DNA of 64,000 bases, taken from contig JAKLKE010000002.1 of NCBI GenBank assembly GCA_023150775.1, positions 24,265 to 88,264 of the forward strand, in the 5' to 3' direction. This DNA comes from Myxococcota bacterium (lineage in GTDB: Bacteria; Myxococcota_A; UBA796; CAJQPC01). Below, one piece after another: positions 1 through 9,774 of this stretch (positions are counted from its first letter, which is position 1; each line of letters opens with the position of its first letter). A program made the translations under genes and the position numbers. Under the pieces are notes generated by a model that saw only the letters and a list, made by a program, of their open reading frames with translations, was not told the origin of the DNA and ran no database searches.

Positions 1-3000
1 GCGTCGAGGCGCGCGGGGTCGGCGCGTAAGACCTGGCCCAAGCTCTCCAAGAGCAGCTCCAGCACCCGACGCCCCAAGGCCTCGCCGTGAAGGCCCACGA
101 GGGCCTCAGCCCAGGCGGCGGCGCGGGGGGTGGCGTCGGCGGTCTGGTTCAGGCGGCTCAGGTAAGGCCAGGCCACGAGCTGGGGGCTCAGCTCAAAGAG
201 CGCCTGGGGGTTCAGCGGGCAAGGGATGAGCACCGGCGCGGCGCTCTCCAAGAGGCGCTCCATCCACGGCGCGACGTCGGCCCGGGTGAGCAGGCGCAGG
301 CCCCTCGCGGCGAGCTGGGCGGACGTGGCGGCGGCGAGGCCCGCGTCTCCGAAGGCCCCCCAGCCCAGCGCCAAGCCCGGCAGCCCCAATCGCTGACGCC
401 GCTCGGCCAAGGAGTCCAGCGCCGCGTTGGCCGCGACGTAGTTGGCCTGCCCGGGGCTGCCCAACACCACCGCCGCCGAGCTGTAGAGCACGAAGAGGTC
501 GAGGTCCATGCCTTCGGTCAGAGTGTGCAGGTTCCAGGCGCCCAAGACCTTGGCCCGGGCGACCGTGTCTAGGCGTCTGAGGGACTGGTCGGCGATCAAG
601 GCGTCGTCGAGCACCCCGGCGGCGTGCACCACCCCGCGCAGAGGCCTCGTCGCCGTGATCTGCTCCAGAAGCGCCTTGAGCGACGCCCGGTCTGCGACGT
701 CGCAGCGGTGGACGGTGACCTCCACCCCCAAGGCCCTGAGCGCGGCGAGCTCCTGCGCGGCCTCGGCCCCCGGCGCCGACCGGCCCACCAGCTCGAAGGA
801 CCGCTGCCCACGCCCGGCGAGCCAGCGCGCGGCGGCGAGGCCCAAGGCCCCGAGGCCCCCGGTGATGAGCATCGTCCCGTCGGTCCTCGGGCGCGCGGCC
901 TGGCTCCGGCGCAGCACACGCGGCGCCGGGTCGGGGACAAAACACCGGGCCTCACCGTCGTCGTCGGCGAGGGCCTGGGCAAGGGCGCTGAACGGCCAGC
1001 GGCGGAGCTTTGTCGGCGTCAGGTCTTGGGCGCGCTCGGCCCAGGCGGCCAAGGCCCGGGCGGCGAGCTCGGGGCGACGGGCGAGGCGGCGGAGGGGCCG
1101 CAGGACGCTAAGGCTCACCCCACGGTGGAGCGCGCTGGTGTGGAGGTTCAGCGTCGGCTCGGCCTCGCTGACAAACACCAGGCGGCCCCCCTCGGCCAAG
1201 GCGCTCAACAGCGACTCGGGCTCGGGGCCGTGGGGATCGGTGATCAGCACGTCGATGAGGCCGTCCTCGGGGGCCTCCACCCACAGCGCGCCGAGGCTTT
1301 GGCAGAGCGCCTTGGCGGCGCGGCGAAGCGGCCCGGGCGGGGCCCACACCCGCTCACCGGCGGCGATCCGGGCGGTGTCCACCAAGGCGAGCCAGACCCC
1401 GCAGAACGGCAGGAGGCTCGCCGCGGCCTGCTCGGCGCTCAGCCCCTCGGGCAACGCCACGACCTGCCCCAGGTCGGCGAGCGCGGCGGTGCCCAACACG
1501 CCCGCTTCGGGGCAGAGCGCGACGACGGCCTGACCGAGCCCCGTCACCCCAACGCAGACCCCCGCCGGAGACGCGCCCTCTGCGCGGGGCTCAAGCGCGC
1601 TGACGTCCGCCGCCGCCACCTGCACCACCACCTGACCCGGCCCCGGCTGAGGCTCGGGGGCGCGCACGAGGCAGAGCACGCCGTCGAGGCGCTCTACCCG
1701 GAAGGGCTGGCCCGCGCCGTCGATGGGCCGCGGCGGCGTCTTCGGCAGCGTCCCCCGGGTGAGCCGGGCGGCGAAGGCGCGCCCCTCACGCAGGGCGACG
1801 CTGTCCTCGTCGCCGTCGTCGAGGCAGCGCAGGGTCAAGGCGCCTAAGGTGTCGTCGCGGTGCAGGGCGCCGAGGTCGATCCGGGTGGGCCGCAGGCGGG
1901 GGAGCTCCACGCGGATCGTGCCCATGGCGGCCCAGGCCATGACGCCCCCCAGACGGGTGGGGCCGTCGTCAGGGAGGCCAGCGGCGGCGCGGTGGGTGAG
2001 GGTGATCAGCCTCGGCGGCGCCGCGCCGTCCCGGGAGAGGTGCTGCGCCAGATGCACCGCCCCGGCCCAGCCCGCCCGGCCTAAGGTGTGAACCCGCTCC
2101 TCGGCGAGCTCTTCGGGCTCTTCAGCGTCAAGGGCGAAGAGGTTCACCACAGCCCGCGCCCCGGCGAGGTGGGGCGTCAGGATCTGGCCCAGGGCGTCAG
2201 GATCTTCAGGGTTCAGCCCGGTGAGTAAGGTCACCGCGGCCCCGGCGGCGGTCAGGTTCGCCCCGAGCCGCGCGCCGAGGCCCGCTGAGGCGCCTCCGCC
2301 CGCCACGAGCACAAAACGCCCGGGCTCCGCCATCGGCGGGGTCTGGGCGTTGAGCTCCTCCCAGACCACGCTCAACATCACGCCGTCGAGGCTGTCCTTG
2401 GCCCCGGCGACCGCGCCCATCCCGACGCCCTCCATGGCGGCGACCCAGGCGCCCGAACGGTCCCACACCCAAAGATCGGCCACAGGCGCGCCGCTCGATG
2501 ACACCCGCCGCTGGGCCTCCACCACAAGCTCACCCGTGGGCGCGTTGGGCCCAAACCGCGCCCGCTGCACCCCTGTGGGCACCATCAAGGGCCCGTCAGG
2601 ATCCCGAAAGAGCGTCAGCGTCTGTAGGCAGGCGTCGAGGAGCGCCGGGTGCGCGGCGAGGCCCCGGGCGCTCCCGGCGGTCTCGGGCAGGCGGACGAGG
2701 CCGAAGGCGCGGTCACCCGCTCGCGCGGCGCCGACGAGGCCCTGAAAGGCGGGGCCATAGCGTAACCCGGCGTCGTGGAGGGCCTTGTAGAACAGCCCAC
2801 GGTCGTGCTCGGGCGGCGCGGGCGGGGGCGCGGGCGGGCTCGGCGCCTCAAACGCCACGCCCTTCGCCGTGGCGAGCAGGCGCCAGCCCTCACCCAAGGC
2901 CTCGTGCAGGGTGAGCCAGGCCCCGCGCCCTCGGGGGCTCACCGTCAGCAGACGCCGAGGGGTGTCAGCGTCTTGGGCCGAGGCGTCCAGAGGCAAGGCG

Positions 3001-6000
3001 TGGTGCAGCGTCAGCTCGGCCAAGGCCGTGAGCGCGCCGCCGGAGTGGGCGTGAAGGCCCGCGCGGAGCAGCTCAATGAAGGCCGTCGTCGGCAAGATCG
3101 CCGCCTGCTCGACGCGGTGGTCCAAGAGCCACGACGTCCGGCGTGGGCTCAGGCGCAGCTCAAAGCGTGTGGTCTTGGGGGCTTCAGGGGTGGTCTGCGG
3201 CGGCCCGAGCCAAGGGTGGGGCCCCGGCGTCACCGCCCCGCCTGAAGGCCGCGCCTCGATCCAGTGGCGCTCGTGGGTGAAGGGGTAGGTCGGCGGCGAC
3301 ACCCGCGGCGCGCCCCGAGACGGCTGGGGCAGGCCCTCGCCCCAGGCCACGGGCAAGCCCTGGGTCCACAAGGCGCCGAGGCCCAAGGTCACCCGCTCCG
3401 GGCCGCCGTCGTCCCGGCGTAGGGTGGGCACCACGACGGCCTCTTGGCCCTCAGCCCGGGCCGTCGCTTGTAAGGCCTGGGTGAGCAGGGGGTGGGGGCT
3501 CACCTCCACAAAGAAGCCGAAGCCGTCTTGAACCAGGCGCCGGGTGCTCTCCAAGAGGCGCACCGGGGCGCGCAGGTTGTTCACCCAATAGGCCGCGTCC
3601 AGGGCCTCGCCGTGAACCCAGCCCCCGGTCACCGTCGAGCAGATCGGGAGCTGCGCCGCCCGGGGGCGGACCTCGGCCAAGGCCCGGGTCAGCGTGTCGT
3701 GGAGCGTGTCGATCTGGGGCCCGTGGGAGGCGTAGGTCACCCGGGCGCGACGGGCGAAGACCTGGGCCTCCCCCAAGGTCTGCACGAGCCCGTCCACATC
3801 GTCCGGGGGCCCCGAGACCACACAGCTCGTCGGGCCGTTCACCGCGGCGATCACCAGCCGCCCGCCCCAGGCCTGAAGCCAGGCGCCCAAGGCCGCCTCC
3901 CCCAGCTCCACCGCCGCCATGGCGCCCCGGCCCTCCAACCGCACCAAGGCCGCGCCGCGTCGGGCCGAGATCAAGGCGCCGTCCTCCAACCGTAAGGCCC
4001 CGGCGACCACCGCCGCCGCGACCTCTCCCTGGCTGTGCCCCATGACCGCCCCAGGCCTGAGCCCCCGGGCCCGCCACATCGCCGCCAAGGCGACGTTCAT
4101 CGCGAAGAGCGTCGGCTGCACCACATCCACACGGTCCAGGAGCGCGTCGTCTTGGGTGGTGAGCGCCTCCCGCAAGCTCCACTCTACGAAGGGGCGCAGG
4201 GCCTCGGCGCAGGTCTCGATCGTCTCGGTGAACACGGGGTCGTGGTCCAAGAGCGCCCGCCCCATGCCCGCCCACTGTCCGCCTTGGCCGGGGAACACGA
4301 GGCACACCCGCCCCGCGCGCTGGGCGTGGCCCTCGACGCAGCGTGGGTGCGGCACCCCCCGGGCGAGGTCGTCGAGGGGCTCGATGAGGCTCTGGAGCTT
4401 GTTCGCCAAGACCACGGCGCGCCGAGGCAAGGCCACGCGCCCCGTCGCCAAGGCGCGGGCCAAGCTCAGCAGCGGGGCGTCGGACTGGGCCTTCACCCAG
4501 GCGCTCAGCCGGGCGGCGACCGTGGCCAAGGCGGCGGGGGTCTGGGCGGAGATCACGACGGGGAGCAGATCGTCAGTGATTTGTGCCGGTGTACAGTCTT
4601 CGGTTTCTGCCCGGCGCGGCGCCTCCTCGACGATGATGTGGGCGTTTGTGCCGCTCAAGGCGAAGGCGCTCACCCCCACCCGGCGCGGGGCCCTCGTCTC
4701 CTCAAAGGGGGCGCGCTCGGTGTTCACCACCAAAGGCAGACGATCCCGGGCGATGCTCGGGTTCGGCGCCCGGTGGTGGAGGCTCGCCGGGATCTCCCCC
4801 TTCGCCACACAGAGCGCGGCCTTGATGAGCCCGGTGATGCCCGCGGCGCACTCTCCGTGGCCCACGTTCGTCTTCACCGAGCCGATGCGCAGCGGCGTCG
4901 TGCGCCCGGCGCCGTAAGCCTTGGCCAAGGCCTCAAGCTCGATGGCGTCTCCGATGGGTGTGCCCGTGCCGTGGCACTCCACATACGACACAGAGCCCGC
5001 GTCGACGCCACCATCGGCCAAGGCGTCGCGGATCACCTCGACCTGGGCCAGGCCGTTCGGCGCCATGGGGCCGTCGCTGCGGCCGTCTTGGTTCACGGCG
5101 CTGCCCCGGATCACCGCGAGCACCTCGTCCCCGTCCCGGAGCGCGTCAGAGAGCCGCTTGAGCAGCACCACGCCGCAGCCTTCACCCCGCACATACCCAT
5201 CGGCGTCGTCGGAGAAGCTGTGGCAGCGGCCTGTGGGCGACAAGGCGCGGAGCTGGCTCAACCACACCTGGGGCTCCGGCGAGAGCAGCACGTTCACGCC
5301 CCCGGCCAAGGCCATGTCACACTCTCCGGCGCGTAAGGCCCGCGCCGCGAGATGCACCGTCACGAGGCTTGAGGAGCAGGCGGCGTCGATGGCCATGTTC
5401 GGCCCGCGCAGGCCGAAGACGTAGCTGATCCGCCCGATCATCGGCGCGTGAATCGTGCCCAGCCCCGACCAGGGGTCGATCTGATCCATGTCGGCGATGG
5501 CCCGCCACTGGTACTCGGTGTCGCTGAGCCCCATGTACACGCCCACCCGGGCGCCGTCGGTCTCGGCCAGACCCGCGCGCTCAAAGGCCTCCCAGACACA
5601 CTCCAACAGCAGGCGCTCTTGAGGGTCCACGCTCCGCGCCTCTCGGGGGGAGAAGCCGAACAGCGCGCTGTCAAAGCCCGTGAGATCCCCGAGCAGCGCG
5701 GCCCAACGAGACACGGTCTTGCCCGGCGTGTCGGGCCGAGGGTCGTACCACGCGTTGATGTCAAAACGCTCCGGCGGGATCTCGGCGACGGTGTCGGTGC
5801 CGTCGAGGAGCAGCGCCCACAGCGCCTCGGGGCTGGTGACGCCGCCGGGCAGGCGGCAGGCCGCGGAGATGATGGCGATGGGCTCGTGCTCGTTCGCCGC
5901 GGCGTGGGTCGGCGGGCGCGCGGCCTCGTCGGAAACAAGCGCCTCACACAGCCCGGCGACGGTCGGGTGACTGTAGAGCAAGCTCGGCGAGACCGGGCGA

Positions 6001-7919
6001 CCCAGGCGGGCCTCCAAAGCGGCGGCGAGGGCGACCAGGCCGCTGGAGTCTAAGCCCAGCTCCGCCAGAGGCCGCTTGGGATCCACAGCGCCCATGGGCA
6101 GCCCCACGACCTTGGCCACCTCGGCCCGAAGCCAGTCCTCCAGGCCCAAGGCCGGGGCCTCCGCCGCCAAAGAGGCCGCACGGGGCGCCTCCCAGCGGCG
6201 CAAGATCACCAGCTCACCGTCAACGAGGGCCTGTTTGGTGGCGCGGCGCTGCACCTTGCCGCTAGAGGTCTTGGGTAGCTCACCCGGCGGGATGAGCACG
6301 ATCACCGCCGCCGCCACGCCGAGCTCTACGCCGATCGCCGCCCGGATCTCCCCGATGACGGCCTCAGCGTCGATGGGCCCGCGCCGACTGTCCACCTCGG
6401 CGACCACGGCCACACGCTCCTCGCCGTCCACCTCCCAACCAAACGCCGCCGCGCAGCCGCCGCGCACCTGGGCCACAGACTCCGCGGCCGCCTCGACGTC
6501 CTGGGGATAAATGTTGCGGCCGCCCAAGAGGATGAGGTCCTTCTCGCGGCCGGTGAGCACCAGCTCATCGCCCACAAAACAGCCGAGATCCCCGGTGCGT
6601 AAGAAGGGGCCGTCGTCCCCGCCACGAATCCGCGCGCCGAAGGTCTGGGCCGTCTCTTCAGGCCGCCCCCAATATCCTTGGGCGACAGACGGTGAGCGCA
6701 CCCAGACCTCGCCGATCTCCCCGGGCTCACAGCGCTCCCCGGTGGCGGGCCGCACGATCTCTACCTGGGTCTCGGGGCCGGGCACGCCCAGGCCGGTGAG
6801 CCCACGGGCGTCGGGATCGTCCGCGGCGGTGAGGGTGAGGCGCCCGGCGGCGAGCGCCGCGCGGCGCACGGTGAGGAGCGTCGGCGGCGCGTGCACCTCG
6901 GGCATGGTCACGCACAAGGTCGCCTCGGCGAGGCCATACCCGGCGAACCAGCTCTCCCAGGCCAAGCCGCAGCCCTTAAACCGCTCATAAAACCGGCGCA
7001 GAGTGTCGGGGCGCACGGGCTCGGCGGCGTTGACGATGACCTTCCACGACGAGAGGTCGATGCGTGAGCGCTCGTCGTCGCTGACCTTCTTGGCGCAGAG
7101 GTCATAAGCGAAGTTGGGGCCGCCGCCGGTCACCCCTCTGTAGCGGGTGACGGCGTGGAGCCAGCGCGCCGGGCACCGCAGAAAGTCCAGGGGCGACATC
7201 AACACGCCCAAGCTCGCCGTGTGCATCGTGTGCAGGATGTTGCCGACGAGGCCCAGATCGTGAAACACCGGCAGCCAGCCCACCACGACGCTCTCAAACT
7301 GTTGGCCCTGGGTGGCCCAAGACTGGCCGAGCTGGTGCATCATGTTGCCGTGGCTCACCATCACCCCTTTGGGGCGCCCCGTAGAGCCCGAGGTGTACTG
7401 CAAGAGCGCGAGCTGATCCGGCCTGGCGGGGCTGACGTGGTGGTCGGTGCCCAGCGCGCCGTCTGTGGTGAGCCAAGGCAAGGCGCCGAGCTCTGGGGCG
7501 TGCTCCAAGGTCAGCTCGGCGAAGGCCGCCAGAGCCTCGGTGGTGAGCAGGGCCTTGGCCCCGGCGTCGGCGGCGATGGCCCGCAGACGCGGCGCGCTGC
7601 GGTCGAGGCGCGCGGGGTCGGGCGGGTACGCGGGCACGGCGACGGCCCCGGCGTAGAGGCAAGCGAAGAAGCCGACGATGAAGTCGAGCCCCGGCGGGAA
7701 CACCAGCAGCACCCGCTCCCCGGCGAGCCCCAGCCCCACGAGCCGCGCCGCCAAGGCCCCGGCCTGCCGGTCGAGGGCGGCGTAGCTGAGCCGTGGGCCC
7801 TCGGTCTCCGCGTCCAAGAACAGGTAGCCTGCGTCGCCGTGGCTCTGTGCGCGGGCGCGGAGGAGCGCCACGAGATCCAAAAAGCCCAAGGACGGCGTCA
7901 GGGTCGGGTTGTGGGGCAT
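1..7919 (-). CDS. Type I polyketide synthase, FAAL-primed reducing module (FAAL-ACP-KS-AT-DH-psiKR-ER-like-KR-...); C-terminus lies beyond window start
   Basis: Absent from the ORF track because no stop occurs in the window. My reverse translation from the ATG (cat 7917-7919) stays open to position 1. Motifs read: FAAL 'LQYTSGSTGRPKGVMVSHGN' (~7400) and 'KTSSGKVQRR' (~6260). Carrier 'LGLDSSGLV' (Ser codon 6045-6047). KS 'IDAACSSSLV' (~5380), 'ECHGTGTPIGD' (~4965), 'KTNVGHGE' (~4860). AT 'GHSQGEVAAA' (4021-4043) and 'YASH' (3723-3734). DH 'LLDHRVEQAAILP' (~3120). KR 'LITGGLGALG' (~850-870), 'HAAGVLDD', 'YSSAAVVLGSPGQANYVAAN'. Confidence 0.93.
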   Translation of the reverse strand, partial: MPHNPTLTPSLGFLDLVALLRARAQSHGDAGYLFLDAETEGPRLSYAALDRQAGALAARLVGLGLAGERVLLVFPPGLDFIVGFFACLYAGAVAVPAYPPDPARLDRSAPRLRAIAADAGAKALLTTEALAAFAELTLEHAPELGALPWLTTDGALGTDHHVSPARPDQLALLQYTSGSTGRPKGVMVSHGNMMHQLGQSWATQGQQFESVVVGWLPVFHDLGLVGNILHTMHTASLGVLMSPLDFLRCPARWLHAVTRYRGVTGGGPNFAYDLCAKKVSDDERSRIDLSSWKVIVNAAEPVRPDTLRRFYERFKGCGLAWESWFAGYGLAEATLCVTMPEVHAPPTLLTVRRAALAAGRLTLTAADDPDARGLTGLGVPGPETQVEIVRPATGERCEPGEIGEVWVRSPSVAQGYWGRPEETAQTFGARIRGGDDGPFLRTGDLGCFVGDELVLTGREKDLILLGGRNIYPQDVEAAAESVAQVRGGCAAAFGWEVDGEERVAVVAEVDSRRGPIDAEAVIGEIRAAIGVELGVAAAVIVLIPPGELPKTSSGKVQRRATKQALVDGELVILRRWEAPRAASLAAEAPALGLEDWLRAEVAKVVGLPMGAVDPKRPLAELGLDSSGLVALAAALEARLGRPVSPSLLYSHPTVAGLCEALVSDEAARPPTHAAANEHEPIAIISAACRLPGGVTSPEALWALLLDGTDTVAEIPPERFDINAWYDPRPDTPGKTVSRWAALLGDLTGFDSALFGFSPREARSVDPQERLLLECVWEAFERAGLAETDGARVGVYMGLSDTEYQWRAIADMDQIDPWSGLGTIHAPMIGRISYVFGLRGPNMAIDAACSSSLVTVHLAARALRAGECDMALAGGVNVLLSPEPQVWLSQLRALSPTGRCHSFSDDADGYVRGEGCGVVLLKRLSDALRDGDEVLAVIRGSAVNQDGRSDGPMAPNGLAQVEVIRDALADGGVDAGSVSYVECHGTGTPIGDAIELEALAKAYGAGRTTPLRIGSVKTNVGHGECAAGITGLIKAALCVAKGEIPASLHHRAPNPSIARDRLPLVVNTERAPFEETRAPRRVGVSAFALSGTNAHIIVEEAPRRAETEDCTPAQITDDLLPVVISAQTPAALATVAARLSAWVKAQSDAPLLSLARALATGRVALPRRAVVLANKLQSLIEPLDDLARGVPHPRCVEGHAQRAGRVCLVFPGQGGQWAGMGRALLDHDPVFTETIETCAEALRPFVEWSLREALTTQDDALLDRVDVVQPTLFAMNVALAAMWRARGLRPGAVMGHSQGEVAAAVVAGALRLEDGALISARRGAALVRLEGRGAMAAVELGEAALGAWLQAWGGRLVIAAVNGPTSCVVSGPPDDVDGLVQTLGEAQVFARRARVTYASHGPQIDTLHDTLTRALAEVRPRAAQLPICSTVTGGWVHGEALDAAYWVNNLRAPVRLLESTRRLVQDGFGFFVEVSPHPLLTQALQATARAEGQEAVVVPTLRRDDGGPERVTLGLGALWTQGLPVAWGEGLPQPSRGAPRVSPPTYPFTHERHWIEARPSGGAVTPGPHPWLGPPQTTPEAPKTTRFELRLSPRRTSWLLDHRVEQAAILPTTAFIELLRAGLHAHSGGALTALAELTLHHALPLDASAQDADTPRRLLTVSPRGRGAWLTLHEALGEGWRLLATAKGVAFEAPSPPAPPPAPPEHDRGLFYKALHDAGLRYGPAFQGLVGAARAGDRAFGLVRLPETAGSARGLAAHPALLDACLQTLTLFRDPDGPLMVPTGVQRARFGPNAPTGELVVEAQRRVSSSGAPVADLWVWDRSGAWVAAMEGVGMGAVAGAKDSLDGVMLSVVWEELNAQTPPMAEPGRFVLVAGGGASAGLGARLGANLTAAGAAVTLLTGLNPEDPDALGQILTPHLAGARAVVNLFALDAEEPEELAEERVHTLGRAGWAGAVHLAQHLSRDGAAPPRLITLTHRAAAGLPDDGPTRLGGVMAWAAMGTIRVELPRLRPTRIDLGALHRDDTLGALTLRCLDDGDEDSVALREGRAFAARLTRGTLPKTPPRPIDGAGQPFRVERLDGVLCLVRAPEPQPGPGQVVVQVAAADVSALEPRAEGASPAGVCVGVTGLGQAVVALCPEAGVLGTAALADLGQVVALPEGLSAEQAAASLLPFCGVWLALVDTARIAAGERVWAPPGPLRRAAKALCQSLGALWVEAPEDGLIDVLITDPHGPEPESLLSALAEGGRLVFVSEAEPTLNLHTSALHRGVSLSVLRPLRRLARRPELAARALAAWAERAQDLTPTKLRRWPFSALAQALADDDGEARCFVPDPAPRVLRRSQAARPRTDGTMLITGGLGALGLAAARWLAGRGQRSFELVGRSAPGAEAAQELAALRALGVEVTVHRCDVADRASLKALLEQITATRPLRGVVHAAGVLDDALIADQSLRRLDTVARAKVLGAWNLHTLTEGMDLDLFVLYSSAAVVLGSPGQANYVAANAALDSLAERRQRLGLPGLALGWGAFGDAGLAAATSAQLAARGLRLLTRADVAPWMERLLESAAPVLIPCPLNPQALFELSPQLVAWPYLSRLNQTADATPRAAAWAEALVGLHGEALGRRVLELLLESLGQVLRADPARLD

Positions 7920-7963
7920 GTCGTCATCCTGGACGAGGCGGTGTCATAGTTTTGCACATCGCG

Positions 7964-9724
7964 TCAGCGTTTGCTGGGGCCGCCGCCGGGCGCGGGCAGC
8001 GGGCCGGGGCTCCACGGCAGGTCGTGGCCCTCGCCAGGGGCGGGAAGGCGCACCGCGCGTAAGGCGCCGTCCGCCCAGGTGAACACCCGCCAGCGGCGGT
8101 CGGACAGAGGCGGGTCGAAGGTGAACGAGAGCGCCCTGGGCCCGGCCTGCGGGTCGTCATCGAGGCGTGTGACGCGGAGCCCCTCCCGATCCCAGCGGTT
8201 GACGCGCTGGTGAAGGTCAGCGGGGTGCAGAAAGAGCCGCTCCATCGGCTGATCCCACAGCCGCCCCGAGGCCAAGCTGAGGGTGAGGGTGTCGTCGCTG
8301 AGCCGCTCCAGGCGGTGATCCGTCGGGCTCGCCGAGAGCACGATCAGGCGCTCCGGCGCCGCCCCGCCGTCGGCGAGCAGACGCGCGGGGATCAAGGTGA
8401 GCGCGGTCGCGGCGTCGGGCAGGGTGAGCACGAGCACAAAGGTGTCGGGCGGCATCGGCGAGGGCCACTCCGCGTGCTCAGCGGCCAGCCGTAGATCTTC
8501 GGTGACCCCCGCGACCACCCGAAGCTGGGGCGGGAGCATCAAGGCCCCGCCGAGCGCCCCCAAGATCAAGGGCGCCAAGGGCAGCAGCCCCCGCCGCGCC
8601 TCCGCCGTCCGCAAGCGGGGCCAAGCGTGCCCAAAGAGCAGGGCGAGGACCATCACGCTCCCCAAGCTCATCCACAGGACAAGACGCCCGCCCGGCGCGG
8701 CCGTGGTGAACAGCGGCAGGCCCAAGAGCGCGCCCAAGATCCCGATCTGCGCGGCGTCCCGGTGGGCCTGGGAGAGCGTCGGCCACGCCCGGCGGAGGCC
8801 CAAGGCCACGAGCGCCGCGCCGCCCAAGCCCAAGGCCACCAAGACCGGACGCAGGGCGGGCACGGTGAGCCAGAGGTCCGCCGGCAGCGGGGCGAAGGCC
8901 CCAAAGAGCAGGACCGGGCCTCGGCTGAGCACGCCCCAGGCCGCGCCGAGGGGGTCTACCCGGGGGTCGAGGTAGAGCGCGCTGCCCTCCACCCCAAAGC
9001 CCAAGGCGGTGTGCAGGGCCGTGTAGGCCACAAACAAGGCCCCGACGCCGCCGATGGCCCCGCGCCAGCCGGGCCGCCGCGTCACCCACTCAAACGCCGC
9101 CGCATACGGCAAGACCCCCAAGGCCGTCTCCGAGCTGGCCAAGCCCACGACCACACCCAGCGGCGCGAGCCAGAGGCCCGGCGCCCAGCCGTCACCACGC
9201 CAGCGGATCCAGGCGACGAGGCCCAAGAGCGCCGGGATCGCCCCCATCCAGGCGTGGTGGGTGCTCACGAACCACACGAGCTGGACGTGCGCAGGGTGCG
9301 CGGCGAACAGGGCCAAGGCCACAAGCGCCGTCTTGTCGCCGAGCAGACGCCGGAAGAGCGGCCAAGACGCGGTGACGAGGCCCAAGGTGCCGACGCTCCC
9401 GAGGCCCTGCCAGGCCCAAGCGCGCGGGTCAAACACCGGGATCAAGGCCGCGAAGAGCGCCCCGGCCAAGGGGCGGGCCAAGGTCCAGCGTAAGTCAGGG
9501 GAGGTCCACCAGAAGCCCACGCCCCGATCCCGCCAGAAGTCCTCGGCCACGGTGTAGTTGAGCTCGAACGGCGCCGTGTGCTCACCCCCTTGGAGGCTCA
9601 GCGCCCACCAGAGATCGTCCGCGGTGAGCCCGACGCCGAGGGCCGGGAGGTGCCAGATCACGAAGGCCAGCAGCACGGCCGCCGGGCCAAAAGAAGCCGC
9701 CGGGCGGAGGGGCGGTGTCAGCAT
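7964..9724 (-). CDS. Polytopic integral membrane protein with C-terminal soluble domain, function unknown
   Basis: 586-aa ORF with about 12 or more hydrophobic segments (e.g. 'AAVLLAFVIWHLPAL', 'LVALALFAAHPAHVQLVWFV') and balanced composition in the C-terminal ~170 aa. It lies 44 bp upstream of the PKS start on the same strand. Antisense ORFs are Arg/Pro-rich. Confidence 0.75.
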   Translation of the reverse strand: MLTPPLRPAASFGPAAVLLAFVIWHLPALGVGLTADDLWWALSLQGGEHTAPFELNYTVAEDFWRDRGVGFWWTSPDLRWTLARPLAGALFAALIPVFDPRAWAWQGLGSVGTLGLVTASWPLFRRLLGDKTALVALALFAAHPAHVQLVWFVSTHHAWMGAIPALLGLVAWIRWRGDGWAPGLWLAPLGVVVGLASSETALGVLPYAAAFEWVTRRPGWRGAIGGVGALFVAYTALHTALGFGVEGSALYLDPRVDPLGAAWGVLSRGPVLLFGAFAPLPADLWLTVPALRPVLVALGLGGAALVALGLRRAWPTLSQAHRDAAQIGILGALLGLPLFTTAAPGGRLVLWMSLGSVMVLALLFGHAWPRLRTAEARRGLLPLAPLILGALGGALMLPPQLRVVAGVTEDLRLAAEHAEWPSPMPPDTFVLVLTLPDAATALTLIPARLLADGGAAPERLIVLSASPTDHRLERLSDDTLTLSLASGRLWDQPMERLFLHPADLHQRVNRWDREGLRVTRLDDDPQAGPRALSFTFDPPLSDRRWRVFTWADGALRAVRLPAPGEGHDLPWSPGPLPAPGGGPSKR

Positions 9725-9774
9725 GGGTGACCCCGTGTCATGATTCGTGGCCTATCCCACCCCAAGGCCACCCG

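Noticed and set aside
3919-5336. Plus-strand ORFs of 332 and 433 aa (and others between 87 and 7949) inside the PKS region
   Set aside because: All are antisense or off-frame to a continuous minus-strand frame that contains the FAAL, ACP, KS, AT, DH and KR motifs in the correct order.
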